DNA of 57,990 bases, the filler included, from Sphacelaria rigidula (taxonomy: Eukaryota): assembly GCA_964200075.2 (NCBI GenBank). It is 9 parts of 9 records of this genome, joined end to end, with 100 filler letters (N's around TTAATTAATTAA, not from the genome) between each part and the next. Parts side by side here need not be neighbours in the genome. Positions count along the whole stretch, not along the records: positions 1 to 6,355 come from CAXNAA020020577.1; positions 6,456 to 12,810 come from CAXNAA020020578.1; positions 12,911 to 19,265 come from CAXNAA020020579.1; 6 more parts are not named here. One strand, given 5' to 3'. Within the stretch, counting starts at the first letter, position 1. The number at the start of each line of letters is the position of its first letter. The notes beneath the pieces are model-generated. The model saw only the letters and a program-made list of their open reading frames with translations. It made no database searches and had not been told where the DNA came from. The translations under genes and the position numbers were made by a program. Positions 1-12,998 of this stretch are shown here, in pieces.

Positions 1-248
1 CCCCATCGTAGGATGACTCTTCCGTTGTTAATGTTGCCGTGGTTCATTGTAGGCTCGAAGAAAAGTGAAGAATTACATCCGCCAGGAAAACATCGTGTCG
101 GTAGTTGACCTTATCTCGCCCTGGACTCCGCTTATGATGAGTCGCACTAGCCCTTTAGGTCCAAGCTATCGTTGGAGGTAGGGTACGTAATCGAAAGATC
201 CGTTTCCCCCTTCAAGTAGCGAAACACACGCTGAACCGCGACTAAATG

Positions 249-533
249 CACGGGTTGCCACTGGGGTCTGTAACCTGGCCATTTTGATACCTTCATTTTG
301 GGACCGCGGATTGGGTAGACAACTGAAGGGTATTCGCACAGCATGGACAGGATTGAAACAAAACATGTCCTAGTCTATAGGCGGGTGACTCCCCTGTAGA
401 CTGGAGCATGCTTTGTTTCGAACCTGTCCACGATGTGCGAATGCTCTTCAGTTGTCCACCTAATCCGCGGACCTCACCAAAGGTAGATAAGGTCCCAAAA
501 TGGCCAGGTTACAGACCCCAGTGGCAACCCGTG
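249..533. mobile_element. Palindromic MITE with CACGGGTTGCCACTGGGG termini and 2-bp TG target duplication (CMC/CACTA-like)
   Basis: 249-348 is the reverse complement of 426-533 and the centre is also self-complementary. TG flanks both ends (247-248, 534-535). Removing the element plus one TG restores the Copia RT frame. Confidence 0.85.
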
Positions 534-578
534 TGGTGAATATTCGGTCTGCTCATATGACGTGCTACGTGAGAGACA

Positions 579-1016
579 CTAAATGCTATGTCGAATCTTG
601 TGCTCTGGGCCAGGAAGATAAGGCTCCCAAACATAGCTTAATAACTTTGTTTTCTCTGACAGCTTCAGAAGGGTGTCCTTAGATGCTGGTTTGGAGTCCT
701 GGGTGTAGGAAAGATTAGATGAGTCTATACCGAACTTTCCAAGTATGGAATTTACGGATTTTTGTTGCGATAGTTTTAGATTTCCTCGCGCTTCATCTCT
801 GATTACCTCCATACCAAGGATGAGAGATACCGGTCCTAGCGCAGATATGGAGAATTTTGTCTTTAGCGTATCTTGAACTTGTTGAAGTAGACTTATGGAC
901 GAACTTGTCATCAGTATGTCATCTACGAAGAGTGTCGCCATCATGTATTCATCATGAGATCCTTTCGTGTAGGCAGATGGGTCGCTTGCAGTCGCTGAAA
1001 ACCCTATTTCCCGCAC
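579..1016 (-). pseudogene. Copia reverse transcriptase fragment
   Basis: FVDD catalytic motif with flanking Copia RT signatures; the frame is lost near 660. Confidence 0.9.
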
Positions 1017-1034
1017 CCCTGTGTCGATCGTAAT

Positions 1035-2217
1035 CTTCCTGGTATGCGGAGTGAAACAAGATACCTCGTGCGGATGACTTGACTCTTGCTGGCGTGACCG
1101 GAATGGGGGGTGAGATCCTGTATAGCTTCTCTACTGTAAACCGGTTGCATGCATGATGTGTATGTCGGGGGGGGGGGGTGTCTGTCCCAAACAATTGTCA
1201 TGTAAGGAGAGTCATCCTGAGCTGAGGCGAGATATTGTTAGGAACAGGGGTGTCATATGATTAACCACCTGCCATTGTATTCCTGACCCGCGCCCTTAAC
1301 TGCTGACCAGGAAGGTCTTGCCTGAGAACAGCTTTCGAGCAACGACAGTAGTAGGCAGTCGGTTCAGCCCGGAAGATTACTGCACTTTCGTTGCTGCATG
1401 GACTGATTGCCTGTAGCAGTTCGATTGTCCGAGTGTTGCAAGGGAGAAGGGTAATCATAGTAGAATCTTGATCCGTCAAATCAAAACGGCTCTCGCAAGC
1501 TGCCAGAATACGCATTCCCCCCTCTCCTGCCAGGTATAAAAAAACGATGCTACAGTTCTTGCAAGCTCTAAGAAACACTACTGGGCCCCGAGAGGGTTTT
1601 CTTCGAATGAAACTCACCCTTTTCGGATTGCAAAGCGTTTCGAGGAGAAGAGTTCAATGTCGAAGATGAACGGGTTCAGTTCTGTTCGGTTATATTAATC
1701 GCTCTCTGCAAATTCCAAAAACGTTTGGTGAAACTATTGGAATGAATCCTCGAACGTCTGGCCGAACGCAAGCCTTGCACTTTCCCCCAGCTTGCGAGCA
1801 TGGTTGTGATATTATGGAACAAGATTCTACTATGATTACCCTTCTCCCTTGCAACACTCGGACAATCGAACTGCTCCAGGCAATCAGTACATGCAGCAAC
1901 GAAAGTGCAGTAATCTTCCGGGCGGAACCGACTGCTTACTACTGTCGTTGCTCGAAAGCTGTTCTCAGGCAAGACCTTCCTGGTCAGCAGTTAAGGGCGC
2001 GGATGCTCCTAACCATATCTCGCCTCAGCTCAGGATGACTCTTCTCATATAACAACTTTTTGGGACAAACACCCCCCCCCCCGACATAAACATCATGCAT
2101 GCGACCGGTTGACAGTAGAGAAGCTCAACTATAGGATATCAGCCCCCATTCCGGTCACGCCAGCAAGAGTCAAGTCACACACACGAGATATCTTGTTTCA
2201 CTCCGCATACCAAGAAG
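1035..2217. repeat. Long imperfect inverted duplication within the Copia (arms about 1035-1470 and 1820-2217)
   Basis: Direct reverse-complement match, e.g. caagattctactatgattaccc...cagttaagggcgcg (1820-2001) versus 1289-1470, and 2007-2217 versus 1035-1243. Confidence 0.9.
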
Positions 2218-2993
2218 GTCTACACGAGTGTTTGATCTCTCATACATCCATTCCCCCCACTGGGGTGTGGCAGATTGTTGTCCTTGTTTTGCAATAACTG
2301 TACTTGCCGCTGAACCAGTTGTCGACAGGTGCAAAACGTTGAACAATTGTTCATCGCATCGGTCCCAACTTTCCATTTCACGTGTGTTCGCGATTTGTCT
2401 CACATGTCAAGGCAGACTGGGATGACAAGTCACTCCTCGCGCAGGATGCTGGACTTGATCAGTAATAATTGTAGTCTCATCCGCCGCTGCTCTCACCTCG
2501 ATTGTCGCGTTTGCCCCCACCGATGATGATGAACGCGTACGACGAGGTGCTGCTGATGGCTTCTGGAACGGGTCTCGATGGGGCTTGTTCTCTGTGTCGA
2601 TCCGGCAGCTGGTTGTGGCAGATCTACCTCGCAGAAACTTCTTAAATTTCCATGGGGCTTTCAACCCCCTTAAGGATATCATAAATCCCCGGATTAATCG
2701 AAGGAATGATGGCGCTCGTAGAACGCGTCCACTCGATGAGCTTCGTACTGTCGAATTCATTCATGCTCTTAATTAGCTAAGGTACAGATGGCTCTCTCGA
2801 ATCATGCATCTACCTCAGGTTGTTCGTAAAACTTTCTTGTCGCATCTGTAGCTCTATTGAAAAATCTGGGTTCTTGATTTACTGGCCGTCGCTGCTGTGA
2901 CGACCTTGATGTGACATCTCCTCACTCGCGCTGACCGACGTAGTCGCGAATCGAAGGTTCATGACGTGTTGACCCACGTGGTCGCAAATCGAA

Positions 2994-3003
2994 GCTCATA
3001 ACC
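2994..3003 (-). promoter_or_regulatory. Copia primer-binding site; the 5' LTR begins at 3004 and extends upward (far end not resolved)
   Basis: Minus strand reads ...GACA|GGTTATGAGC, resembling the GGTTATG(G/A)GCC Copia PBS. Confidence 0.65.
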
Positions 3004-6000
3004 TGTCGGAAGTGTTGACCGCTGTCTCGCTTAGACAGAATAGCAGAGGTTTACACAGTAGCTGTTGTTAAGCTAGGTCGCGATATGCATCCTGAAGGAA
3101 GAAAAGTCGGATGGTTTTCTGTGGCGCTTTTCGGCCAAAACGAAATCAAACAGCCTCTTGTGCACGCAGAGAGCTAGAGGAAAAGCTGGGTAAGCAAGGG
3201 GGAGTGAGAGCGGTGGCGATCGAGACAAGCCTCAACGCTTGATCACTTCCAGGAACAAAAACCAATTCTGCACACGTAGGTCCAACGAAGCTATATCATC
3301 CGGTTCAACTACTGTTGTTGCTGACGCGGTAGCCTTGCCAGCTCTCAGCGTAGATCAACGGCGACCTTACACATGAGATATCCTTCAGCTTACGTGGCTT
3401 AGGTACTCTTCTACAGTATCGTTCTGTGAAACATCATGGCAACACGCCTACTCCAGCAATATCCTACTTGAAACGTCACTCAGGCACGTAGAATATGAGT
3501 TACCTACCACAAACACCAAAAGAGATACTCCGTGAAAACGATACGAGGTTCGTAATTTCCTTGAACCGTCATATAGGTTGTGCCACTTACCTTGCTGTGA
3601 CGGCTTCATTTGAAAACAATGAATGTAGACTGCATCATCTAAACTCTATACAAACTTCATCTCAGACGGCTCATAAAATGTCGAGCTCATGAGGCAATAC
3701 TGGAACAAATTCAAAGTGGTCATGACAACTACCCAACCAGGCTGAGTGTTGACTGGTTCTGGGAGTGAAATTTCTCCTGGTCTCTTCCGCTGGTTACGTC
3801 AATGCTTGACCCATCAATCGGCTCTCCGCCGATGAAAATTGAACATCAGCAACAGCAGACTGGCAACGGAGAGTTTCACATGCAGCCGCACGCGCTGCGG
3901 TACCTTATGTTCGATGGATATAAGCCCGCTCGCGGTGATTTTGGCACCAGAGGATAACACGAGTGCGGAACGTCCTCAATCAAGGTCGTCGGGTCCGGAT
4001 GTAGGTCAGAAGGGATGCCGACAACCAACGATGATGCTAGTGCATGGTTGCGGCAGCGGGTACGGCGGTGGTGGTCGTTGCGCGGGTATTGAGTCATGGA
4101 AGTCATCTCTACTCAGCGCAGTAGGCGCATTTGATGCGCCTCCGGAATGAACTCCAACAGCCCCCCATGCGTGTATTGCCATGTCGAAGTTAGCTGTTAA
4201 CTCGCAATGTCGGCATAACCGAAGCATAAGCTTGACGGGGGGTTATCGAGTTGTGGCTTCGAGAAGGATGGAGGGCGTGAGATTCCCGACGTTGACTATA
4301 AATCGTCACAGGGCTCAGGGGTGAGGGTGTTTGCGGTGAGACCAGACAAAGTTTGCGTCAAGCTTTGTTTGGCCTAACAAACAACACTCTCGATTCTGAG
4401 CCCGCACCGCCGCAAGTCCCACGCCCTCTGGCCTTTCTTTTCGAAACAAAGAGTTCAAATCTCCAGCTCGCTAGTTTGTCTTGTTCCACAGCGACCACCG
4501 CCGCCGCCACCGCTAGCACCGCCGCTGTTTGTCGGCTTTCCTTTCGAGACACATCGGGACCCGGAGACATTCATGTTTCGGTTTTGACGACATTGTGAGT
4601 GACGAAAACTGCGACATGGTGATACACGAACGAGGGGCTACTAGAGTTCATGTTACGGCGGACACCGACTGTATATGTAGTAGACGTTTCGAAGTGCGCA
4701 TGGCATGTGCAGTAGGTTTTATTCCATTCGCATATTGGTGTCATGTTCCAATCAGGCGTGCTTCGCCCGGGCCCCCGACCCCACACAACTTTCCACCACG
4801 TGGCAATATCGTTTTAGCTACCTAGAAACCCTAACAACAAAGTTATCAGCCACCACTTGGAGACATCTCGTTTGCAAGCAAGTCAAGCGCACTTCTCTGC
4901 ACGTGAAAGTGAGTCTATGTTTTGCCTCATGATGTAGTGCTGGTTCGGACTCAAGGGTCTGTTAGCCACGAGCTGGAGAGTCACTCCACTCGACTGCAAC
5001 TATTCATTGTGGCCAGCTGCTTGTTCCGTGCAACCCCTGGCCTGGTATGTTCGGTGAGAGTGACACCCTTATCACCTCGTCGTCAGACCACGACATGGTG
5101 ACCAACCGAGAAGGATAAGCAATACTGCACAGTAGCATCGCTGTAGGGCTGCACTGTTTCGCGTATTGTCTGCGTACTAGCGCAACAATTGTGCCTTCTG
5201 GTCGGCCTGAGGCAACCGGACAACCGATCGCGTGTTGTGTTTTGGTCCGCAACAAATTTCGCGCCCCTGTTGGTTTCTCGAAGTAATCATCAGGCCAGAT
5301 AGAACAGAGAACACACAGCCCTTTCGTGTGCTCGATACTTCCCATACCAAGGCGGCGCTGTAAGTACATCCTGTCGTGAACCTTTTTACACGGCCCTGCG
5401 CGTTTACGGCGTGGTATCCCACACACATCACCGCTACAGCAGAAAGCAGGCAGCATGCGTCCATCCGTACCCGAGCTAGCACGGAAAAAATGTGAATTTT
5501 GAAGAATCCTGTTCTTGATCTCACTACAGTGCAGCACACATCTACCCATAGCAGGTCCGGATGTTACAACGTGCATTTGTGTACAAAGTGCTTGGTAGGC
5601 AGGAGGTAAGTGCTGTTGACCTACTACTAGAGAGTGAACTATCCCGATACGGAAACCGGCGAGCCTGCGTGCGCAGAGTCCACATAGCCAGCAGTGGGGG
5701 GTAAACTCCACCTGGAGGTAGGTATATAGAGGCTGTTGACAACTTATGACAGATCAAATATTGTGAGACCGCACTCCGTGTGCAACGTTCGGGGTTCAGA
5801 AGTGCCTTTTATGTCGCACTCCTGTTCGCTCTGGTGTCCCTGCCTACACATGTTAGCCAGGTACGTGATCGTACGGTGTTTGCACGGTACTGTGTTCGGG
5901 GGCAGCGGGTTGGCGCTGTCTGCTTCTTTGTACCAAACACTCTGAGCACACGCACAGGGCTGCTCCAGCAATTATTCGGATCATTCTTTGTGTGTCCGAA

Positions 6001-6355
6001 TGAATTACTTACCGACGACCACGGAGCATCTGTGCTGGACTCACCCTGGGGGTGAAAATCATTTACGCCCAGCAATGACGAAAAGCCCCTAATATGATTT
6101 GATTGATGTGCGGCATTGTGAAAAGTCATTGTTTGGGTCAAGTCGTTTTGGATTTTCCTTCGCCTCACGTCAGAACATGTCGCCACCACACTGCTGTCTT
6201 CACGTCAGCCTACAATTCGACACATCACATCTACTCGACAAGCGGTATCTTCACTTCACGTGAACAGCCTGCCACACGCCAGTTGAGGGGGGTGTATGAG
6301 AGATCAAACACTTGTAGAGACCTTGTTAACAAGCGAAATGCTAGAAGATACATTT

Positions 6356-6455
6356 NNNNNNNNNNNNNNNNNNNNNNNNNNNNNNNNNNNNNNNNNNNNT
6401 TAATTAATTAANNNNNNNNNNNNNNNNNNNNNNNNNNNNNNNNNNNNNNNNNNNN
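6356..6455. other. Artificial contig spacer
   Basis: N44-TTAATTAATTAA-N44. Confidence 0.98.
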
Positions 6456-7527
6456 GAGACTGCACGCGTCGAGCACCCACGTTGTAGAAAGAGGGTTGTT
6501 TTAACTCAAAAAACGCCAACGAATGCAATGAAAGCATCGAAAATCAGATCGGACACGGGGAAGGGCTCGTCAAAACATAACCGACTTTACTTATGTGTTG
6601 GAGGAAGTAGAAGGCAAGGTGCACCATTACGGACCGAAAGTGCATCGACGCTTCACTAGAATACCCCCAAGCACTATGAGTAATATCCCAACCTGAGACG
6701 ACTGACGTAGAGTCGAATCCCACGGGTTCAGCGGGGAAGCAGGTAAGAGTTGAGTCACTCTGAAAAATGAAGGAGATGACTTGAGGCCTCCGACTCGTGT
6801 GGGAAAATGAGGAGTGTGCTTTGAAGAGTTATTTGAAAATCGGGATGAGTGTGATTCGAGTCCAGCGCACCATTCTGGAAAGTAGGACGACTATGACTCC
6901 AGTCCTCCAAGTCATGAAAAAATCAGCCCATAGGTCGTGACCATTAGACGTTTCAAGAACCCCTACACGAGCACGGGAGCTATGCTGTACAACAACGCAC
7001 TTTATTTCACCAACTACGCAATGTATTTCAACCAATCGTTCATACCTAGACTACGGAAAACCTTTCAACAACCGAATCAATGCTCTATCAACCACGTGGA
7101 AAATGAGTTTTGACAAACGAGGTTGGGAAGCCAACTCGGCAAACGGAAGTTTTGTTGCTAATCTCATCACACTGTTGTTTTCTGTTATCCATATACAAAG
7201 AAGCTATTACTTACGAGAGGGAAAGGCATTCGCCCGCAAAAAAAACGACGACCAAAACATATTACCCCCTGCTTCACAGTGCGAACATCAAATTCATCAC
7301 ACTTTCTCGACGTGTTGAACACAAACAGCCGAGGCCTGTATTCAACGTTCAACTTTCCTACTTTGAAAATGCACGAACCGCCCACATTTCGAGTGTTCAG
7401 TTCACAAAATCCTAGATATCGGACTGAATTGAGCGGACAAGAGGAGTTTCGGCCTCCCGATGCGCACAGTCCATCTGCAGCTTGCAATTCTCCTCTCTTG
7501 GGAGGATTGGAGATATTCCACCATTTA

Positions 7528-7950
7528 ACACGGGATCTCACAAATTGGGGATGAGAAACCCGGAGAATTAAAATTTCGTATCCACACCGAATCTTCGAAA
7601 TATGATTCCATTTCTTCACCTACTGATAGCTGTTGACAACTGCCACACGCCATATCAATTTGGATTTCCATCACCGAAATGTTGGGGTCCTCGGTGAAAA
7701 AACAATTTTTGGGAATTCCGGGTGTCCGAACGGACGCCAAAATGATTCCGAAATTGGTTCTTCACTTACGACTCTAACATTTCGGTGATCGAGATCCAAA
7801 TTTCTATGGCGTGTAGCAGTTGTCAATGGCTATCAGTAGGTGAAGAAATAGAACCATATTTCGAAGATTTGGTGTGGATACGAAGATTGTAATCCTCCGA
7901 GTTTCTCATCCCCAATAAAAAATCCATCCCCAATTTGGAAGATCCCGTGT
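7528..7950. mobile_element. Foldback MITE with about 190-bp inverted arms, TA-flanked
   Basis: ACACGGGATCT...AGATCCCGTGT termini; TA at 7526-7527 and 7951-7952; arms about 7528-7710 and 7751-7950. Confidence 0.85.
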
Positions 7951-9715
7951 TATTTGGAGATGCGAGCCCTGCGGCAAAGCCTCTCGACACACTCCCAGCA
8001 CTAACCTGCTATCAACCTTCATCGACGGAACATCTATGATGTTGTGTCCAGAGCATGAGGACCAAGGAAGGCGGGCAGCAATGTTACCGTTGGAGATCAA
8101 TATTTGGACATCCAAGTCCACTAACAACGACTGCTACTTCTCGACCAACACAAGACCTACCTCAGCGAGTTTTCCCCGTCTGAATCTTGCGCACGAACAC
8201 AACTAATAGGCAAAAGTGCAACTGGAATAGGCTACGTACTGAAGATATGTTCGCTGCCGTGGACAACCACCCACTGTATGTCAACGGTTCATGGTACGAA
8301 GCTCCAAAGCAAATACAGCCGGGGGCTGGAAACTCGAGGTGTACAAGCACACAATGAGCCCTCGTGCAGTGTCTGCACAGAGCGACGGGGCCCATCACTA
8401 GACGATTCCATATCCTAATGCAGGTGTGGCCAGTCTCGGGATCCAGACGGCATCAAATAGATTAATATAAGTAAACTTCATCCACTACTTCCGAGTGGGT
8501 ACCTCAAAGCAGTTGCAACATAACACACCCAGGCAGCATAAGATAAAACACACTCTGTATAGTAAACGCCATCCACAACTCCCAAGCGGGCGCCCCAAAA
8601 CGGGTACCAGCAGAACACACCCGTCCGGTGCACCATCCACGCACTCATTTTTTGCCCACGACACTTTGGTGGAACGTTTTTTATTCCGTCACGATCAGAG
8701 GATTGACATTGCCGTAACAGAATAGTGCCACCAATGTTGATCCTTGGAGACTATCGGTATCCAGACTCGCGGCAAAACCACCCACACGGCCCGGATAGTG
8801 CTCGGAAGCACTGCTCGTGTCGAGACACCCATCAGTGGACATGCTGAGCACACCCTCGAACCTCATCAGCTGCCGCCCAATGCTGTTCCCACAAAGCGGC
8901 ACAGTTCTCATCATCACTGGTGTTACCCAGTTTCATCGAAAACTGCAAAAGCCAGCCGAGGATCACAAAAGCACCGCACCGCCGGACTAGACACACTCGC
9001 GCAAATGCACGCATACAACAAAACCACCCAACGCATCACACCTCTTTCTACTTCAATACCTCATCTACGATCGAAGGACCCCACGATGCACCACAAACGC
9101 TGCCGGAAACAACATATCTTATACACATACTTTCTTATCCCGGTAAATGTTTGTTATCTAGGTTTTAAGTTTGTTCGCCGAGGCTCCAAGCCTGAGAACG
9201 AAAAAGCGTTACTTGTATTCGAATCAAAAGGTTCGTTTGAGCCTTTCAATCGCGCGAATGATTGACCCTTTCGACAGTTCATGCACCCAGTGATATACAT
9301 GAAGTCAATCATCGAAGGAACTATATGGGGCTGCATATCGGTACCCATGTTCTCGATGTATCCAACCGATACGGTATACTATATCTTGTCGATAAATGCC
9401 ACCGATATCGTCGGTTTGCCCTTGCCGGTTGGACTACTGTACATTATCGGTCACTTTCCAATGGAGAACAATCCACGTACGACCGAACTTGCGCGTTCGC
9501 CTGTCGTCTTCCGGCGCAACTGCCAATACTCTCGCGAAAAATTATCGCTACAACGCCAGGACATCGGTTGCATAAATCTGCCGGTACGCGAGCCTGAAAA
9601 TCGATCAACATAACGTGCCAATCAGCCTCATCATCGGGCTGCCTCGGCGTAAATACCGGATTTTCGCCTGGGGATGTTTCATTCGATCCGGGTAGACATG
9701 CTCTTGCTACAAGGT

Positions 9716-12359
9716 TCAGCAATACACGCATCCTGGAAGGTCTGTGCAGTCCCGAAACTTGGAAAATCGCCGCAGAATCTCGTCGAGGATGCCATGCACT
9801 GTCGCTTCAATGTCGCTGCGGGACAGCACAATGCGGCGCGCAAGTGCGGAGAGAGATTTAGGTGTTCCCACTTGCTGGGTTGCACGATTTTGGTTGTCAA
9901 TGTATCCATGTTTTGTGTGCAGAGGCCTCCACCGAGTATTCGTATGCCCGCTGTCTCATGTATCCTCGAGGTTTGTGCCCGACATTGCTCGCAGGAACGA
10001 CGACGAGAGAACAAAACGTTTCTTGCAACGGGACCTACCCCACGCATAGCACCGTCGGGTAAGAGATGTTCGCCGACAGAACTTTTGTATAAGAACCTGA
10101 GCATCGCCGATTTGAGAGGAAACGCACGCTGCGCAAACGTTTCACCTTGACTATTCGCGGGCTTTCTTATCCATTCCAATCCCGCGTGCAGGAATATTCA
10201 TGCCGAGCACGCCGTGATCTCTACCGGTGCCCTCCACGCCACAAGAAATAAATGCTCGCTCAGTGCAGACAACCACGTCAACAGAGAGGGTTACACTGAG
10301 GAAAACACGGTGGTGTGCCTCACATGAACTAGTGTACGCAACGCATGGGATCGAGAGGCAAGAGCATATTCCCTCAGAAGCGAAAACAAGTCCGTCAGAA
10401 TGGGCCAAGGAAAAGCGCGAGGACAGCCCACGCTGCTCGGCACAGATGGAATGTCGCGTCAAATCCCAAAGGCAGCGGTCTCCGCAAAAACGAAAAGTCC
10501 TTCGGAAGAACACTGTCTTCCTTTGCGAACGTCTACGCGGGGGTGCAAACAGCATGTCACCGTCAACGTGGACCGCACGGAGGCGAAAAAACACTTACGT
10601 GGTCGTCCGAGGGATACTCCTTGAGCACGACGTCTATCTGGCTGTTGAGCGCGCGCTGTCGCCGTATGCTCTTCATATTGGTCATGTTGTACCGCAGGTC
10701 CTCCATCGTCATGCCGGTCGTCGTCTTAAGCAGCGCGTCCACGTTGAACTCATCCTCAGAGGAGTGTTCAGTCATATACCTGTCGGTCGCACCCACAGTT
10801 GTTCACGGCAAGCATAGAAGCGTTCGGAGGGGTAAGGTAACAACATATGGCTCCGAGGACTCCGCACAGTAGTGCACTGCAGAGAAGCTAGCACGCACTG
10901 TGCTGAGAGCCAGGGGTTGAGCGGAAACCCAACTCAAAACTCAACGCAGCAACATGAGGCGAAAACTGAGCAGATCAACAAATGAGCGAGCAGTCGATGA
11001 GTTAGACTAACCGGCCGGAATAACTATAGAGCGAAATAGGACAGTTTTCAGGTGTTGTGCACTGTGCGGCAAGCCAAAGTGGATGTGGGGACCCACCCGA
11101 ATGAATCATGTCAACCGTTAGACAACACACCATGTACGATCACACCACGCGCTTCACAGTTCACTTATTTCAAAGGATGGAAGAGACGCTCACAGCATTC
11201 CTCACTTTCACAATGCCTCGATACTCAGAACTAGTACGGACGCAAGACGGGAATTTCCTTGCACAACCTTATATTCCGTCGGATGGCGTGTCGTCGAGCA
11301 ACATCCCACTCGTCTTCCTCCCCGAGATTGATTTGCCGTCGTTGCCAGGGCGACTTGTTGCCCCTCAGTCGCTGCGTGTAGTGATACACTCCACACAGTC
11401 CTCGGCACCAGAGTGCGATGGACAGAACAGGGTACACCACACAGCACAAGATGAGAGCGAAAATCATTCCCAATAGCATGTTGGACATCCCGGCAAGCAG
11501 CCAGATGTACTGCGTAACTGGACGCCGGCCTCCCGCTTCGCCCGCGTCCCGAAAGAATATTCGCTGCGTGCGCGCATAATGTGGGACAGTCGGGTCGGTT
11601 CTTCGTTGAGCGTGCGAGATAATGGTGTGTGCTTTTGTGCCCTCACCTCCCCAGTGCTGTAAACAAATTGATCCACGTCCCGGAAACTGGATATCCATCT
11701 CCTACCTGACCCATAACAAGGTTCATAACCCAGGTCCATTTTACTGCATGCACTCCTCTCCAAGGAAAAGATGGGGGGAAAAGGGTGACCTGACCAGACG
11801 TGGGCAAAAGCGCCCTGGCACGGTGGCTACATGATCATGTTTTCGTTGAACACGTGTAAATAGATGGCACTACCACACGAGAACGGTTTGGAGCGGGAAA
11901 TAATGCTCAGGAGGCCTCATGCGCACCGCTTGGAGGCCCACGTACTCCCAGACCATACCGTGCGCAGGTGTTACCGCCGTGCTACCAACCTGCCACATCG
12001 TAGCACTCTCGGATTTGTGATGCACTCCGCGAACGGAGATCGCAAACGCACAAGCCGTCACTACCAAAGCGTCGCGTTTACAAAACGAATGGGCGAAGCG
12101 AAGGGTGCTGGCGAGATTTTCCAATTTTTGTCCAGGCAACGATGTAGTCGCTCGGGACCATTTTTCGGCAGAAGGAAGAAGTTGAAGTGGGAAAGCCGAG
12201 TTGAGCGTGCTGAGTAACTCTTCTATCGCCCAGGTCATTTGTCCGTGCAGTCTTCAAACTGACCTCGATTGATTCCTTCAGCTCTGCGTCGTCCGCATGC
12301 TCTACAGTCGATAGCGACGCATCCTGCCTCTGTAAATGTCGTTCAGCCCGGTCCTTGAC
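9716..12359 (-). CDS. 3' part of a multi-exon gene for an unidentified membrane protein. Exons 12359-12264, 11989-11927, 11789-11706, 11509-11268, 10779-10599, 10096-10053, 9815-9716.
   Basis: All introns are GT-AG, phases match and the spliced frame is open to TGA at 9716-9718. Hydrophobic stretch YIWLLAGMSNMLLGMIFALILCCVVYPVLSIALW. The 5' end is missing from the contig. Confidence 0.7.
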
Positions 12360-12810
12360 CTGAACACAGCGAACAAGGGGAGATGTGAACGCCCGTGGGG
12401 AGGATTCGGGGGAGCGGCGAGACAGGCAGAACGGGTATAAAGTGTCGAGGTTCTCGCTTTCCGATAAAAAAACTAACCGACTCGCGGCAGTGGACACTAT
12501 ATGGGCAAATGACAGCAAGGGCCGTTTGTCGGAGTCCACGTGAGTTCTTGAAATAAAATAAAATAAAATACACATGCTGGGTTTGGCGAACCCTGAGATA
12601 TGATTTTCAGCGGGTCGAAAGTGTCAAATGCGCCTTAGGGTATTTCCAGCACGCCTGTTGCTTCAACCGGCGCGTGCGACCCCCGTTTGATCTCTGCCGA
12701 GACATGTTTTGCCTTGGGTACCCACTTTATGCGCCCTCCCCTATCCTAGAACTATGGTGAGGCACCTGTGAGGCAGTGTATAAGCTGTGGCTGTCTCAGG
12801 AAGTGGCAAT

Positions 12811-12910
12811 NNNNNNNNNNNNNNNNNNNNNNNNNNNNNNNNNNNNNNNNNNNNTTAATTAATTAANNNNNNNNNNNNNNNNNNNNNNNNNNNNNNNNNN
12901 NNNNNNNNNN
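12811..12910. other. Artificial contig spacer
   Basis: N44-TTAATTAATTAA-N44. Confidence 0.98.
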
Positions 12911-12998
12911 CCACCGTTGCTGCTTTCAACAACGATCTGACTCGAAATTTGGAGCAACAAATGGCCCCAAATACCCCCCCCCTATCGTAGGATGACTC

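Larger units (their letters stand above)
20..3003 (-). mobile_element. Degenerate, rearranged Ty1/Copia LTR retrotransposon (PBS, gag-like region, RT, start of RNase H)
   Basis: RT motifs REIGFSATASDPSAY, TLFVDDILM and LILGMEVIRD (579-1016). RHMSRPNIH/HLVAVQRVFRYLKG spans the MITE at 249-533. RNase H-like CDSS...RSTT...FSSSLQ*TTATLTTE at about 20-146. Copia-type PBS GGTTATGAGC at 2994-3003 next to an LTR CA end. Confidence 0.88.

Noticed and set aside
3800..6200. Minus-strand multi-exon gene and the 235-aa ORF at 5004-5711
   Set aside because: Some splice-like sites exist, but I found no consistent phase chain and no recognisable homology.
10599..10779. Sacsin-like domain suggested by IDVVLKEYPSD
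   Set aside because: The next exons lack the ELxQNADDA motif and the protein ends soon after.
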